Below, piece by piece: positions 61,852 to 64,000 of a DNA stretch of 64,000 nucleotides. The stretch is from NCBI GenBank assembly GCA_013239625.1, contig MU053304.1, forward strand, positions 1,922,001-1,986,000. Direction: 5' to 3'. The stretch is from Lama guanicoe (Eukaryota). Positions within the stretch are counted from its first letter, which is position 1. Every line of letters starts with the position of its first letter. The translations under genes were made by a program, and so were the position numbers. The notes beneath the pieces were generated by a model, which was not told where the DNA came from, searched no databases, and worked only from the letters and a program-made list of their open reading frames with translations.

Positions 61852-62046
61852 CAGTGGCTCTCAAACTTGAGCATGGATCTTGTACCAGAATCACCCGGAG
61901 GGCTTCTTAAAACTCGCATTGCTGGGCCCCACCCACAGTCTCTGCTCCTGTTGGTCTGGGATGCTGCTGGTGAACTTGCCCTTGTGGTCCAGTTCCCAGG
62001 TGCTGCTGCTGCCGCTGGTCGGGGGACCACACTTGGAGAACCACTG
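61852..62046. mobile_element. MER5A-like hAT DNA transposon, near full length
   Basis: Terminal inverted repeats cagtggctctcaa...ggagaaccactg and internal agaatcacccggagggctt...gctgggcccc. Confidence 0.85.
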
Positions 62047-64000
62047 CTCTCAACTGCCGGTTAAAGACTGAGAGACCAAACAATATTGGCACAGTGCTTG
62101 TCAATGATAAAATCCCTAAGTTAGTCATTCGCTATATTGAGCCCCACACAATGAAGGCTTTGGGGGTTCAAGGGTGCACTTGGTAGAGATGGCTCCTGCT
62201 GTTCGGGGTGGCTCCCTCTCGGTACGACTGTCCTGCAAGCCAGGTGTGATCGTTATCCCCATTTCATCCACGAGAGGGATGAAGATCCAAGTCAGTCCTC
62301 TGATGCTGGACTGTCACTCGGCTGATCATTGTGTCACGATCCGCGACCTCTGACTCTCCGAACCACCGTCCTTTCCACTGTGCCTCTTGCCTACCTGCTG
62401 AGTAGATGTGGTTGCTTTCTTCCCCTAACACTGAGGTTAATTCTTCTGCGTCTGCTGAATGCCAGCTTCCTTTCCTGCTTTTCTTTCTGTCGCCTATTCC
62501 CATCTTAATTATATCTTACTGATCGCCTTTCACAGATGACCCTCCCCTGCCTTCCTTTCTGTACCTTTGGGTTTTAAATCACGCTTGCATTTGTTCAGGT
62601 GTGTTTGTTCTTCCCCTGCCAGCAGATCTTAGTGGTTTTTTTCTGTTAAATAATTTCTGCTTTCCGACTTAGAAATTGGATGCCTCTGAGATTGGTGGCG
62701 CACAGATCCCTGCTATTTATTGCTTGCTTCTGCTTGCTAATATTAGGCACTTCATCTCTGCAGTGGCAGCTGTGGCCCTGGCCCGGCTGATCCCCCCCAG
62801 GGCAAGAACTAAGGCATTAGGCTTTCAGTACACATCCGGCAGCTCCTCCTCGCTGCACAGGCCAGGCTATTAAAAGACCAGGAGCGTTAAAAATAGCTCT
62901 CACCACACTTCCCACCTTGGTAGCTTTCAGGACAGCTCTCCAAAGAAACCATTAGATTCTGCCTCACAGAGTCAAAGTGACCGCAGAAGAATCTTTTTAT
63001 TTCGGTGGAGAAATTAGAAAGTAAGGCTCCTACCCCAAAACAGTGGTTGCAGAGAAGAGTATTTGGAAAAACAATGGATCTATTGCCTTGTTTTTAATAG
63101 TCGGACTCATTTGGCCAACTTCCTTTGTGCCTCACGTAATTTGCACTGAATTCTGGAAGGTTTTTCTTCATTTGAGGAGAACAGCCAGTGCATAATGATC
63201 TGGGGGATGCTAAGGGGTGTGGTTTTTTTTTTTTGTTATATTGCTGGCTGTCGAAAAACACTGCTAGGACTTAGTTTTCCCCAAACCGTTCTGATATTCA
63301 CGGGGAAAAGTCGCTATTTTTCTCTTTACGTATAGCGATAAGTTTTAATTATATGTTGTACTTAGATTCAAAAAACTCTAAAGTGAAATACTCCCAGTCT
63401 ATGTTAGGCCGAATCTAACCCGGTAACACACCCTTGTATGGATGATTTGGTTCAATGCTTTTCCTTAAAGCCATCTAGTCATTGTCCCCATCTGGCGGGC
63501 TTCTATCACGGGCACGTGCACTGTATTTCATCTAACAGCATTTCTCGTGCTCAGACGCCTTTAAAAGCACGGAGCCTCGGTTTAGAACTCTCTCGATTGT
63601 CCCTTATGCCCTTGAAAGTCATCCTTATCGTATACATATCCCAAGGCACAACTTACAGCTTTTTTGTCATATGAGACTGTTCTCCAGAAACAATAAAACC
63701 TCTGATTCCCCAAGAGATCAGCATTTCCCGTAGCATCTGTTTTTGAACCAGTGATTTTACTTCGGCCTTGCCGATCCCAATTGTAAATTCCTCAGTACCT
63801 TAAAGTCTTTGGAGTCAAATAATTTATTTTAAAATGGTCTTTGACTTGCTAGAAGTTATAAATATTCCTAAGGACTTTGAAGTTTTAGAATGTTTTGAAG
63901 GTGCTATTTCCCTGTTTTGTGAAGGATGGATGTCTAAGGTCAGGTAAGAGGCATTGAGATAAAAGCAAGGGCTTTTAGTCTGAAGGACCAAGGTCTCATT

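Noticed and set aside
1..64000. Prokaryotic-type systems (CRISPR arrays, operons, defence islands) or a novel multi-gene system
   Set aside because: The sequence is repeat-rich mammalian intron with no regularly spaced repeat-spacer array and no long or clustered ORFs.

Overview
This is mammalian intronic DNA, most likely from a camelid because it carries many tRNA-Ala-derived Vic-1-like SINEs. It lies inside the DNER gene (Delta/Notch-like EGF-related receptor) on the + strand. Only two coding exons are supported: 22224-22369 (146 bp) and 48418-48571 (154 bp). They splice in frame across a 26,048-bp GT-AG intron, encode two EGF-like repeats, and probably correspond to human exons 5 and 6 (numbering from memory). 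The rest is intron filled with L1 3' fragments (almost all antisense), L2, MIR, MaLR/ERVL/ERV1 LTRs, MER5 elements, SINEs and microsatellites, plus a few unique stretches that look like enhancers. I found no convincing new multi-gene system, and the other listed ORFs look like repeat-derived or chance frames. Best leads: an RGD motif in a DNER EGF loop, a near-intact Pol III tRNA-Ala SINE with BC1-like architecture and an immediate terminator, an L1 insertion with a 22-nt twin-priming inversion, inverted SINE pairs, and an octamer-rich candidate enhancer. Repeat subfamily names and most repeat boundaries were judged by eye and are approximate.
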